A stretch of DNA of 64,000 bases from Savitreella phatthalungensis (Eukaryota). Positions 10,681-21,434 of the stretch are shown here, one piece after another. The position numbers and the translations under genes were made by a program. The stretch covers positions 434,001 to 498,000 of the forward strand of contig AP039690.1 in the NCBI GenBank assembly GCA_051599415.1, written 5' to 3'. Below the pieces are notes generated by a model, which ran no database searches, was not told the DNA's origin, and saw only the letters and a program-made list of their open reading frames with translations. Numbering within the stretch: position 1 is the stretch's first letter; each line of letters begins with the position of its first letter.

Positions 10681-11663
10681 TCAGTGCCCGAGTCCTGCGT
10701 TCTCCGGCACGAACGACCTGTTGTCTCCAAGGCTTGTGACGTAGGCACGTGTAAGACCACCGTCTACGAGGAAATCTGCGCCGGTGGTGTATGAAGACTC
10801 GTCGGAGGCGAGGTAGAGTGCGGCATACGCTTGCTCGATCGCTTCGCCGAATCTCCCTGTCGGCAAGTGCACCGTCCTCCGCTCCTTCTTCTCCCGCGTG
10901 TCGAGGAAGTCCTGGAGGAGCGGGGTATTGAGCGGTCCGGGGCAGAGGGCGTTCAGTCTGATGCCGTCTTTCGCATGCGTGATGGCCATCTCACGCGTCA
11001 TTGCCAGTACGGCACCCTTGCTAGCAGTGTACGCCAGTTGTGGCGTCGCAGCACCTACGAACGCCACCATCGACGCCGTGTTGATGATGCTTCCGCGCGT
11101 CTTTCCGTGAGCTAGCATACTCTTGATCGCGTACTTGCATCCAAACCACACACCCTTGACGTTGATGTCCATCGTGAGATCCCACACACGTTCCTCCGTC
11201 GTCAGGGCGTTGTCGTCGGCAGAGTGCATGATGCCGGCGTTATTGAACATGATGTCTAGACCGGAAGGCTGAAGCAGGGGGAAGGGCTGTGTCAGTTGTC
11301 GAGCAAGAGTAATTGCGGGATGATAAAGCTTACGAATTGCTCGTCTGCAAATGCGACCAGTTCAGCCACGTCCTGTTCCTTGCTCACGTCGCACTTCTTT
11401 GATTTGACGCTTTCTGCTGCGCCGGGGTGAAGTTCATGAACGCGCTTGAGCGCTTTTTCCAGAGCAGCTTCGTTCACATCTGCCAAGACAATCCTGGCTC
11501 CATGCTCGGCGAATAGGACTCTGTGTTCGTGGTCAGAGATTGAACAGGGTTTGAAGAAGTTCCAGGACTGGAAGGAGGAGACTTACGCTGACTCGAATCC
11601 AATGCCGCCTGCTGCGCCTGTGATGATGGCTACCTTATCTTGAAGTCTCGGTCCGACCACCAT
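10681..11663 (-). CDS. Short-chain dehydrogenase/reductase (Rv2857c/SCO1611-like); 3 exons: 11663-11587, 11520-11334, ~11268-10681
   Basis: Spliced product: MVVGPRLQDKVAIITGAAGGIG...FNNAGI...AYTASKG (YxxxK)...NALCPGPLNTPLLQ...FLVDGGLTRAYVT. Donors are GTAAGT and GTAAGC with CTGAC branch sites; the second acceptor could be 18 nt further upstream. Confidence 0.92.
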
Positions 11664-12063
11664 TGTTGGGGAAGGAGAATATGGTATGGATGCGAAGGTG
11701 TACAAGGTGCTTATGACTGTTGACAGATGGTCTACAGCCTGAACTAGAGAGTACGAGATGCTCGTCCTGTGGTGTTGAAGGACTGACCGTAGCACTAAAT
11801 GGATATCTTCTGCTGCGCAAGAATATATGTTGCTGATAAGGAAAATTCAATCTAGCGTAATGAATTCCGCAGCGTTGGCAAAGAAAGCCTAATTCAGCAT
11901 GCAGAACATATGTCGAGCAGTCGGGTGGAGCGTTGGGAATGAGTCAACGAGGTACACCTGCGACGAGCATCGGCAGCAGTAGTCAAAGGTCATGCGGAAG
12001 GAGGCTAGGTGCAGTCAGTTGACCTGTCAGTCTGTGTTATACATACACTTCATGCATATATAC

Positions 12064-12822
12064 CTATTCGGTCCTCCTGAATACAGCGATGAGATCCTTC
12101 TTGCTCATCTCAAGATCGAATGACTTGCCTGGCTTTTCCCGGTAGATCCGCTTGAAGCCTTGTGACAATAGTAGCTCGTCATAGAGCTCTGTGGTGAGTG
12201 AGAACGGCGGTCCACCTCCGTGACCAGCGTCTAATGGGTGCTGCAGCGTGATGAGTACACCTCTAGGAGCAATCACTTCGCTCATCCGTCTGGCCCAATC
12301 GGGACGACGACTGGGTGGAAGCGCACACAAGAACGTATAGTCGTACACCAGATCGTACTTCTTCCCTGTGCTCCATGATTGGGTCTCGTCGAAAAAGTCA
12401 CCTAGCACGACAGATGCATCTGTGGGTGATGCATCATTCGCACTCGCAGCTGATGTCGAAGAATCTGTAGCTTCATCCCCTTTTCGCTGCTGCTGTTGTT
12501 TGGCAAAATACTCTGCTGCAGCTTTGACTGCTCCTTCGCTGATCTCCAGGCCAACTGCCTTGTGGAAGCCATACTTGCGTAGGTTGTTTGCAAGAAAGTA
12601 GACATCGTAGCCACGGCCACAGCCTGGGACAAGCGCAACTCTTCCATTGTCACTTTGATCGTCAAACAGCTTGACCTTGTCATGCTCAATCAAATCTACA
12701 AGCGCTGGACTTGCCTGTGATCGATCCCAAGGAGTTTGACTGTCTTCCCATAACTTTGCCCATACGTTGCCATGCTGCTTAGCATCGACATCAGAGAAGC
12801 GCGATGAGAGTGGTGTTGGCAT
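12064..12822 (-). CDS. SAM-dependent thiol/halide methyltransferase (TPMT family)
   Basis: WAKLWE..TPWDR..ASPAL, ALVPGCGRGYD, DLVYDYTFLCALPP..R..WA.RM and GPPF motifs. Confidence 0.88.
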   Translation of the reverse strand: MPTPLSSRFSDVDAKQHGNVWAKLWEDSQTPWDRSQASPALVDLIEHDKVKLFDDQSDNGRVALVPGCGRGYDVYFLANNLRKYGFHKAVGLEISEGAVKAAAEYFAKQQQQRKGDEATDSSTSAASANDASPTDASVVLGDFFDETQSWSTGKKYDLVYDYTFLCALPPSRRPDWARRMSEVIAPRGVLITLQHPLDAGHGGGPPFSLTTELYDELLLSQGFKRIYREKPGKSFDLEMSKKDLIAVFRRTE

Positions 12823-13321
12823 GAGAGCAGACTGTTGGGGGCTGTCTCTTAGGCCGAGTAAGTGATAGCGTGAATGACCGCGTAGATGGCTGCGTAGAAG
12901 ACTGTCTGAACGAGTGCGTCATTCAAGGTGTAAATTAAGTGGATCATGTGGAGAACGATCGATGATCGATTCAACAGCTGAAATTGCTTGCTGCACGGAT
13001 GCTCGATCAATTGAAAGGAAAAATCCCGATCGAGTCATTGACTGAGTGGACTGGCCACAGAAGATCATATCAAAACAGGTGTAAATTACTCTAACGTTGA
13101 CTGACATCTACGCGTCCTGATCAAAGCAGGAGACGCGACGATACTTCCTCAACTACGCCCATCAACAGCGACAAGCTCTTCGACACGACCACGAGCAGAT
13201 CGCTCGTCTTGCATCATCAGTTCTGCATGGGAAGTCTCACGCTCTGGTCATCTACATCCAATCGCAACTAAGGTCTCTCTATAACCTGCTGATAGTCGCG
13301 TTTGTTACCTAAACACTGAGT

Positions 13322-15700
13322 ATGTCGGAGCAACCTATTCCGAACTCTTCTCCGGATGGTACAGAGCCTGCTCTCGCCCAGGAGACTCCTGTTCGCGCTC
13401 CAATGCACAAGATCACACCAGCAAAGACTCATTCGACCGGAAAGTGGGCTACCAACGTCCAGGGCAAGCGTGTCAGACTCGATCCAGGCGCAGGCGTAGA
13501 TACGCCAGGCCTCATCAGACAGCAGTCTCATCCACTTGCAGAGGCCATCACGGTTGCAGACACAAACACAGACGCAGATGACTCCTTAGCGCCAACCAGT
13601 CCCGCGCCGGCTCAAGAAGAACAAACCTCGCAGATCAGGAGCCTTTCTCAGCCCGAGCAGGCCTCTGATGATGGTACCGGGGTTCCATCTAGCACAAGCT
13701 CGAAGCTCTTTGACTTCTCACCCGTGCCGCCTGAGAAAGTAGGAAGGATGCTACCGCCCATGACGCTTCCCTCGAAAGACTCAGACCACCAGTCGTCCTC
13801 TTCCTCCCCATCAAAGCCTAATCTGACGCTTGAAGAACTCGGAAAGAACAACTTCGGCGCCGGTACGCCTCACGAAATTCCGAGTCACGATCGAGGAGAT
13901 ACTCATGACATTATCGTCGATTCCCACTCAGTCAGCAACGGAGCTCCGGCTCGCGAATCAATCTCGGCCCATGTCTGGAGCGGCATCGAATTCTCGGAAA
14001 TGCTCCCGGAAGACCTCACCGGAGAACGTCCTGCTGTTGAAGCTCTTGAGCCTGCCGAGGCTAACGCAGCAGCACTAAAAAACGAGCAAACCTCACAGAG
14101 GCCCGAAGAGAAGGAAGCATCAAAACTGTCGAGCATTGCGCCAACAAACCCGCCCGCGGCACAAATCTTGTCGGAGCAATCCGTGGACGACAGCATTACA
14201 GCTGCAACACAACTGAACGATATATATGTTCCCGAGCAAGAAATGCTCGACGCAGAGTTCCTAATGGGCGTGGATGATGTTATGCAAGATCCTGCCATGT
14301 TTGATCCTCTGCCCGCGCACGAAAGCACAGTCGCGCCAGTCACTACCCCTGCAAAGCCGAGTCAATCGTTGAGCACAACACCCGCTCGCCAATCGACAGG
14401 ACAGGCCAACAGCCTATTAGCCAGCACATCGAAGACGCCCAACACGCCACAGCATCTGATTTCCCATACAGAGCAATCAGTGAGACAATCGAACGTGCGC
14501 ATCTCGAAAGACATGCCAACGGACGCGATTGTCGCAGCTGATGCCAATCAATCCGTTGTGTTTCAGACTCCGACTCGTGGATTCCAGGCAGCGACACCGT
14601 CACAGCTCGGCTCGTCTACTCGCAAGCTTGTTCCACGCGAGGAGTATTCCTTCAGGGAAGAACTGCTTGATGACGTACCTGTCTACGACGACAGCGTTGC
14701 TGAAGAACTTGAGAAGCTGCATGCCGAGCAGCTGCATGCCGAGCAGACGCGCGGTCGCCGACGTGGCCGGCCGCCTGGCTCAACACAACGAAGCCGCAAG
14801 TCCACAAACGGCAATAACGTTGCAAACACTCCGGTTTCAGGCGACGCTTCTCAGAAACCATCCGTCACTGGCTCCGCAAGGAAACGTGGTGCTCAAGCCA
14901 AAGGCACGCCTGCTGCGTCGCAGACGCCCTCGAAGCGAGGCACAAAGCGTTCCAGAGATGCCGACGATGACGAGGAGAATCAAGCTCCTGGTGATGGTGA
15001 AGCTGAGGAAAGCAGACCGGCCAAGAAAACTCGAGGACGCCAGTCTACGAATACACCAAAGCGGGGATCCGGAGACACTGATCGCACCGATGAGATTGCA
15101 GAGGAAGAGGCAACGCCTGCGGACCCACCCAAGCGTGGTCGCACGCGCGGAAGACCTCTCAAAGCACAGACCAGTGAAGCGCCAAAGCGCGCGACTCGTG
15201 GACGCAATGCCGTCAGGAACTCTCCCGAACCAGCTGCCAGTGGCACGAGAAGGTCTACGCGCGGCAAGACACCTGTCGACGAAGACGTCTCTGATAGCGC
15301 GACGACGGCTGCACCAGCGACGAAAGGTCGACCGAAGCGCGGTTCAAAGTCTGCCACTGCCGCCACCTCAGAGCCATCGCCATCGGCCCCTGCTCCTTCG
15401 CAGAGTAATTCAACGAAGGGCAGGGCGAAACGCGCCACACAGAAGGCAAGCGCTCGCGGAGCACGTGCATCGAAATCGCCCACACCTGAATCAGCTGACG
15501 ATCCAGCTTCCGCTGATGAAGAAGATGTGGAGAGTGAGCGCGAGACAAAGCCGCTGGATACAATCGCCGAAGAATCAACATCCACAGCATCACAAGCGCA
15601 GTCCGACGGTGCACGCGCCACTAGACGCGGTCGTTCAGCCAATGCAGCGACGGTAGCTGTTGTGGTGCCGACCGGGAAGCGGTCACTCCGATCACGGTGA
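13322..15700 (+). CDS. Low-complexity, probably nuclear protein with AT-hook motifs
   Basis: 792-aa Ser/Thr/Pro-rich ORF; basic C-terminal half with RRGRPP, RGRPLK and KGRPKR motifs. Confidence 0.7.
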   Translation: MSEQPIPNSSPDGTEPALAQETPVRAPMHKITPAKTHSTGKWATNVQGKRVRLDPGAGVDTPGLIRQQSHPLAEAITVADTNTDADDSLAPTSPAPAQEEQTSQIRSLSQPEQASDDGTGVPSSTSSKLFDFSPVPPEKVGRMLPPMTLPSKDSDHQSSSSSPSKPNLTLEELGKNNFGAGTPHEIPSHDRGDTHDIIVDSHSVSNGAPARESISAHVWSGIEFSEMLPEDLTGERPAVEALEPAEANAAALKNEQTSQRPEEKEASKLSSIAPTNPPAAQILSEQSVDDSITAATQLNDIYVPEQEMLDAEFLMGVDDVMQDPAMFDPLPAHESTVAPVTTPAKPSQSLSTTPARQSTGQANSLLASTSKTPNTPQHLISHTEQSVRQSNVRISKDMPTDAIVAADANQSVVFQTPTRGFQAATPSQLGSSTRKLVPREEYSFREELLDDVPVYDDSVAEELEKLHAEQLHAEQTRGRRRGRPPGSTQRSRKSTNGNNVANTPVSGDASQKPSVTGSARKRGAQAKGTPAASQTPSKRGTKRSRDADDDEENQAPGDGEAEESRPAKKTRGRQSTNTPKRGSGDTDRTDEIAEEEATPADPPKRGRTRGRPLKAQTSEAPKRATRGRNAVRNSPEPAASGTRRSTRGKTPVDEDVSDSATTAAPATKGRPKRGSKSATAATSEPSPSAPAPSQSNSTKGRAKRATQKASARGARASKSPTPESADDPASADEEDVESERETKPLDTIAEESTSTASQAQSDGARATRRGRSANAATVAVVVPTGKRSLRSR

Positions 15701-15755
15701 GTATCTAGCTTGCGATTGTATGATTATCAATTTCCGCCTGATATCTCTCTCGTTC

Positions 15756-17318
15756 TTAGACCGTCTCGATATACCGTGCTACTTCCCATTCCGTGACTGC
15801 CTGCTGCCAGAGCTTGAGCTCGTGGTGCCTGGTTGCTGCGTAGTGATTGACAAAGCCGTCACCAAAGATCTCTCTGGCGATCGACCCTTCACGCGCAAAT
15901 AGCCCAACGGCCTCCCTCAAATCCTTCGCCAGCCGAATCGATCCCGGACGCGACCCCGGATCGCCCTTGTGACCGAGCGGTGGCAAATCAATCTTCAACT
16001 TCATCTCGATACCTCGTAGTCCTGCGCCGAAGATGGCTGCGAGAGCGAGGTGTGGGACGGTGTCTGCGCCTGGAACGCGGACTTCGATTCTGGTTGCCTT
16101 TTTGGCGGTTGCTGGGTCGTTTGCTGGGGAGATGAGTCTGAGTGATGCGAGTCTGTGCTCGAGTCCCCAGGAGACGTCGACTGGCGCCCAGAAGTTCTCG
16201 ACAAGGCGCTTGTACGAGTTGATGGTCGGTGCAAAGACCGGCATCAAGTCAGGCAGACCAGCGAGCACGCCAGCGAGGAAGTGTCGTCCTACTGCGGAAA
16301 AGTTCTCGAGATCTTTGTAGTGAATCCCACCGACCACAGTCGCCTCGTCCAACGCCTTCTCCTCGGCATCGCCAGATGACCTGTCACGGTAGAAAAGGTT
16401 GGATCCGCCTGTCAACGAGGCTAGTGAGACATGCATGTGTCCTGAGTTGCCACTGAGCCCTTGGACCGGTTTTGCCATGAAGCTCGGAGTTACGCCGTGC
16501 TGGAGACCCACGTTCTTGCACAGGAACTTGAACATCGCTCCGCGGTCGGCCATCCGCTCTAGCTCACAGAACGCGAGAGCGCCCTCGTACACACCGGGAC
16601 CAGTCTCCGTGTGCCAGCCCTCGAGAGGACAGTCAAAGAGCATAGCACACTTGTGAATGTCATTGAAGTACTTGCGGTACTTTACGTCGTGGATCCGCGC
16701 AAGTGAGTAACCAAAGTTGCCCGGCGTGATTGGTGTTAGGTCACGCCCGCGCTTCTCAGCCAGCGTCTGTGGTGTTTCTGCGAAGTTGAAGAACTCGTAC
16801 TCGAGTCCGGCCATGCCCTTGAAGCCGAGCTTGGTAGCCCGATTTGCTTGCCTCCGAAGGACGCTGCGCGGGTCAGCTGAGATCGGTTCCCCGGTAGACG
16901 GGTCATTGAAGTGGAGGAGGAAGAAGGGAGTGTTGTCGTCCCAGGGCAACCTGCGGAAGGTGGACAGATCGATCGTAGCGTCAATGTCTGCGAAACCGTT
17001 CGGTCCATCTGAGGTCGGACCTGCACCCATGGCTGCGATCACGCCTTCGTCGTACGTCTTGTCGTGCATATCCCAGCCAAACGTCACACTGCAGAATCCG
17101 AACGAGCCGCTTTTCAGCGCAGACTTGAATTTATCAAACGACATCAACTTTCCACGCACGATCCCATCGACATCCAAACCACCGACCTTGACGCCAGTCT
17201 GTTGAGCACCTCGATGCTCGAGCCAGGCAACTATGGCGTCTATTTGATGTGCTGTCGGAGGGTTGTCCGATGTTGGGGGATCATCCGTACCATTGGGAAC
17301 GGCAAAGACGCTTGCCAT
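15756..17318 (-). CDS. Glutamine-synthetase-like gamma-glutamyl-amine ligase (GlnA4/PuuA-like)
   Basis: DVDGIVRGK, GLEYEF, HTETGPGVYE, FMAKP..GNSGHMHVSL, APTINSYKRL and RIEVRVPGAD. The canonical GSI FDGSS and PGYEAP are replaced by FCSVT and ENFWAP. Confidence 0.9.
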   Translation of the reverse strand: MASVFAVPNGTDDPPTSDNPPTAHQIDAIVAWLEHRGAQQTGVKVGGLDVDGIVRGKLMSFDKFKSALKSGSFGFCSVTFGWDMHDKTYDEGVIAAMGAGPTSDGPNGFADIDATIDLSTFRRLPWDDNTPFFLLHFNDPSTGEPISADPRSVLRRQANRATKLGFKGMAGLEYEFFNFAETPQTLAEKRGRDLTPITPGNFGYSLARIHDVKYRKYFNDIHKCAMLFDCPLEGWHTETGPGVYEGALAFCELERMADRGAMFKFLCKNVGLQHGVTPSFMAKPVQGLSGNSGHMHVSLASLTGGSNLFYRDRSSGDAEEKALDEATVVGGIHYKDLENFSAVGRHFLAGVLAGLPDLMPVFAPTINSYKRLVENFWAPVDVSWGLEHRLASLRLISPANDPATAKKATRIEVRVPGADTVPHLALAAIFGAGLRGIEMKLKIDLPPLGHKGDPGSRPGSIRLAKDLREAVGLFAREGSIAREIFGDGFVNHYAATRHHELKLWQQAVTEWEVARYIETV

Positions 17319-19095
17319 GATCAGAGTCTTCTGAGAGAGGACACTTTGCTGCAGCTCGTTCGCAGTCTTGTAGCTACTGTAGACGAATGGGACAGCTTCG
17401 TGTATCTTACTGATGTATACTTCATGTGGTTATGACTCTTACGTCGGGCGAGTGGGCGGGCGGGATGTTTCCTCCCGGCTCCACGAAATGGTCAAGTGAT
17501 TCAGAGGCGAGATAAGCTTGGGTTATCAAACGTACGTGTTGGTGGTATCATATCAGGTATTCGTCAGTTGGAAAATGCATCAGTCTCTGACTTACGTGCA
17601 TATGAGGATAAACTAAATTTAAATTTGATCTGTTTTGCTCACTCGTCTGATATCAAATCAAAGTTCAAATACTGTAGCTTGCTTCTAAGCTGCAATGCGT
17701 GCATCCTGAGCGGTCGATTGGAAGATGCAATTGGCATACGGCCGCGGCTACTCCATTCAATCATCGAGTGCACGTGCAAATACAGTTGAGTGAACCGCAA
17801 TTGTGTGTGACCTGCAGCTCTGAAGCACATACATTTAGTAAATGCACGGGAATGCCGCGAATCATTGATGCCACAAACAATCAGCAGCGGAGTCTTTGCG
17901 CGCATTGATGGTGAAGCAGAAGAGTTGAATCAGTAGCCAACGAGAACAGATGGAAGACTGCACTCATAAGCAATGTATCTTGCTTGGCTCCTAATTGGAC
18001 GAACCACAGCGCCCGGCGCATTTGTTCCGCCTGCAGCACATATGTTGAATACTGCTTTCTCCTCGAAGTAGCGTCTCGTGCTACACGAGCTGACTTCGTA
18101 GTGCGGTTTGGATTAGATACTCCCACCTGCCTCTGGATCTTATCCTGACCCCCGCGAGCCCCTGAAGCCTCTCATTAGTCACGATTCACGGCCTGGCGGG
18201 TCTCAGTTGGTGGGGTGCGGTGATCGTGTGACCGCTAGGTAGATCGACTCAATCAGAATTTGCTGCTCGAGCTGCATAGAACTGTACGTATGACCTCATT
18301 TGTCCACCTTTGCTGAGCTGTGAGCTTTGTATTCGGTGTCTAGCCCAGCAGGAAGGATTATTTCGTCCTGGTTCTGCAACGTGCTACCGCATTTTTTCAG
18401 CACATTGCATACTGGTCTTTAGCGACCTCTCCGTGCGTATTGGTCTCTAGCGGCCTCTACGTACCTCTCTCTGTCTAAAGCGCGCAGTTCCAAGGTAAGT
18501 CAACGTCTATCATTGGAAATCAGGACGATTGGTTGCGTCTCTCAATGCTGTACTTACGCTAGCCTTATACGAGTGATTAGTTAATGAACACGATCGACTG
18601 CTGTGTACATTGAATGAGCACACAGCATATGGATGGCTTTCATACGCTTGACCCTCGCGAGGTAGAAGCATGGCATATACGAGCTTGCCATCAGGTTGAA
18701 GCGCGTCAGTTTGGCGATTCGATGATCGTGTGACTCCAAGATGGGTTGAGTCAATTCAATGTTTTGCATCCCAGTCATCATCTCATTCGTTCATTTCGTT
18801 TGAAGTGTGGTTGCTAAGTCCAGGAGTCAGGATCATCTCCAGGCTGTGGAAGGTGCAATGGTCTCTATCACATGCGATTACGAGATTCCTGGGAAATTGC
18901 TAAAGCCACTCGTCTGCATGCAGCTGCAGCGGATTTGTAGTCGAGTGGCGGTAGACGATCTTCTAACAAGCATAGAATTCCACACCTGTGGACAGCTGAG
19001 GCGATAACGAGCCCCATTCACCTCACCAGCTCTTCCGACGCACACATGCAGGATAGACTTGTCGTCGTATAAATGTCCTAACCCTGTCCTAGCAA

Positions 19096-20298
19096 ATGAC
19101 AGAAAGAAGCGCAGGAGAAGAAGAAAAAGAAGAAGTCATGACTAAAACCATACGCGTAAGTGAAGTATATGGATTTCGACGTGTAGCGCTAAAAGAACTT
19201 CTATAGGAAAGAGACACCGCAACTGGTCATGTTCCCAGACAGACTCATGGACAACAGCAGGAGCAATCACAAGAAGAACGACCGCAACAGGAATCGCAAC
19301 AGGGAGTTCGAACGCGCGAACAAGATGAGCTCTGGACTTTCGTTACTTTTTTGACCCTCGCAGGCGGATTGCTTGCCGTGGTCGTGACAGAAACAGATCA
19401 CATGGTCAGGATCCAGCTTGCGAGCCTCTCATGCTGTTCGCTCTGGATATTTATCCAATACGAAAGGGTATGGACTTTACGCCCTGTTCGCTATGCACTA
19501 GCGATCGTCGTCACCGCCAGCTTGGGCGGAGTCATCTTGATCTTTGTTGTTTTGCCACGGTACATCTTCCTGGGCATCGTACAGTACTTTACCGGCGTGC
19601 TTCACTACTCTTCAACCTTCGACCTACATTTTTTCCTCTTCGTGAGGTTTTGCTTTGCGATATTCGGTCCGTCGCAGAGCGCGGAACGAAAGACGCGCAA
19701 GTGCAATATGGAACTCTTTGGCACGTTTGAGCTAATCCTCGATGAAGGTACTCCGCGTGTCACGGGCATTCCAGGCGCATGGAGATTGACGGCTATGCAA
19801 ATCACTCATCTAGATTGGCCGGCACTGTGGGCTGTACTTGTCGGTTGCCCGGAACGAAACTTCTCCAGCGCCACATGGCGCTACCTGGCTTCCTTAGGTC
19901 GACGAGCGCGAGAAGTTCGACTATCAGTCTCCCGAGAAAATCGAAGCGAGAGAAAGAGGGAAGTCGCGCTCACTGTGGAGGCTCCCGGGTCAGCTGGAGG
20001 TGGAACTGAGCGAGCAGCATCGCAATTGGTCCAGGAAGAGTTCGTCGATACTTTCGAGATGATTGAGCAGTTGGCTGGCCAGGTTGCGACGAGTAACGGG
20101 TTCTGCATATTCATCCGAAATTCGTTGGGCAGCCAAGCGCTACCACAGTTCCAGCCGGGCGATTTCGACCTCTTGAGAAGCGACCTTCCTGTCCTGCTTC
20201 ATGTTTGCTCGTCTGCTGACTACGTCGGCCCTGTGAGCGATCTGGGCATGTTTGCCGTTCCTGCGGACTTCTTCGTCACCTGGGCGGCAAGTCTATAG
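19096..20298 (+). CDS. Orphan multi-pass membrane protein; 2 exons: 19096-19155, 19207-20298
   Basis: ATG at 19096 and intron GTAAGT(19156)..GCTAA..TAG(19206) join in frame to the 315-aa ORF. Gln/Glu-rich N-terminus followed by several hydrophobic segments; related to the ORFs at 20.8-21.45 kb. Confidence 0.55.
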
Positions 20299-20538
20299 TC
20301 GAGGTCAATGACCTCCAACGATCATTACGTACGTGTTCGTATTCCAATGAGTTCATCCAGTCTAGTCTGATGTACTTGCATCGCATCCTCGAGCTCGGTA
20401 ACTCTGGATAGGATGACTGATTGCAATGTCCTGCATTTCACCGTGCACTATCAAATTCTTCTGCCGCACTCATGACACGACAATTTTGAGCTCCTTGCGA
20501 TGCAGCGTCTCTCACATACATCACATGAGCCGCTCACC

Positions 20539-20750
20539 AGTCTACATCGCTATGTGGACGAGCATCACGCTTCGTATGCCTCCGTCATCAAGTGTCCTAT
20601 TAGCACAGGCAGCTGTCGGATCCAAGGCTCTTAGATGACAGCCAGCTGGAAGGAGTTGCGATCGACGATCCGCGCAATCGGACTGGGCAGATCGATCGAG
20701 ATTCCAAGATCTGAAAGAGGTTGATCTCTAAATCACTTGTGCGCGAAGTG
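20539..20750 (+). repeat. Diverged direct repeat, copy A (partner at 21469-21680)
   Basis: Shared blocks such as catcgc.at.tggacga..atcacgcttcgt, gtcatcaagtgtcct, atcgacgatccgcgcaatc and tctaaatca.ttgtgcgc. Confidence 0.9.
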
Positions 20751-20854
20751 TATGGATCTCGACGTGGAGCACCAACAGAGCTTTCAATAGCGAGAGGGCA
20801 TTAAAACTGGCGATGTCCGCAGACAGCAAGAAACACCGCGAGATCAATCGTTTC

Positions 20855-21434
20855 AAATCGGTCGCATGCAGAAGATCATTCTGGAGTTTCGTGACTTTCG
20901 CCATCGCTATCGGCAGTGGAGTCACGGGACTCTGGACCCGGTCGAAAGTCACGGTCATGTATGCGATTGCGAGCCTGCCAGGCATTCTGCTCTTTTTGCT
21001 CATCCGATGGGACAGGATGCTGGGTTCTCCGATTCTTGGCTATTTGCGAGTCAGCATTGCCACTGTCGTCTTGGGCATGGTTGTCTCTGTCATCTTGGTC
21101 TTTGTTGGGAAAGTGGAGGTCGAAGGCTGATGAGTCGAGCTCGGCAGTGATGTTCGTTTCGACGCTCCGATCGATGTACCGTGGCAGAACAACGAAGATA
21201 AAAACGACCACGGCCAAGACGACAGTGGCAATGATGGCTCGCAAATAGCCTAGAATCGGAGAACCCAGCATCCTGTCCCATCGGATGAGCAAAAAGAGCA
21301 GAATGCCTGGCAGGCTCGCAATCGCATACATGACCGTGACTTTCGTCCCGGTCCAGAGTGCCGTGATGGCACCGCCGACAGCGATGGCGGAAGCGACGAA
21401 ACTCCAGGATCGATCTTCTGCATGCGACTGATTT
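20855..21434. repeat. Long inverted repeat: arms ~20855-21074 and 21214-21434, spacer ~139 nt
   Basis: 20943-21036 is the exact reverse complement of 21252-21345 (94 bp). The flanking arm sequence is similar, with substitutions and one 1-nt indel. Confidence 0.97.

Noticed and set aside
14529..15656. 375-aa alternative-frame ORF and 220-aa antisense ORF inside the AT-hook gene
   Set aside because: Arg-rich shadow frames expected in GC-rich low-complexity coding DNA; no motifs.
18190..18260. GC-rich stretch vaguely resembling a tRNA
   Set aside because: No convincing cloverleaf or GTTCRA T-loop.
18581..18781. Short minus ORF sharing AKLTR with the 21877-23298 protein
   Set aside because: Similarity too short to call a paralogous remnant without an alignment.
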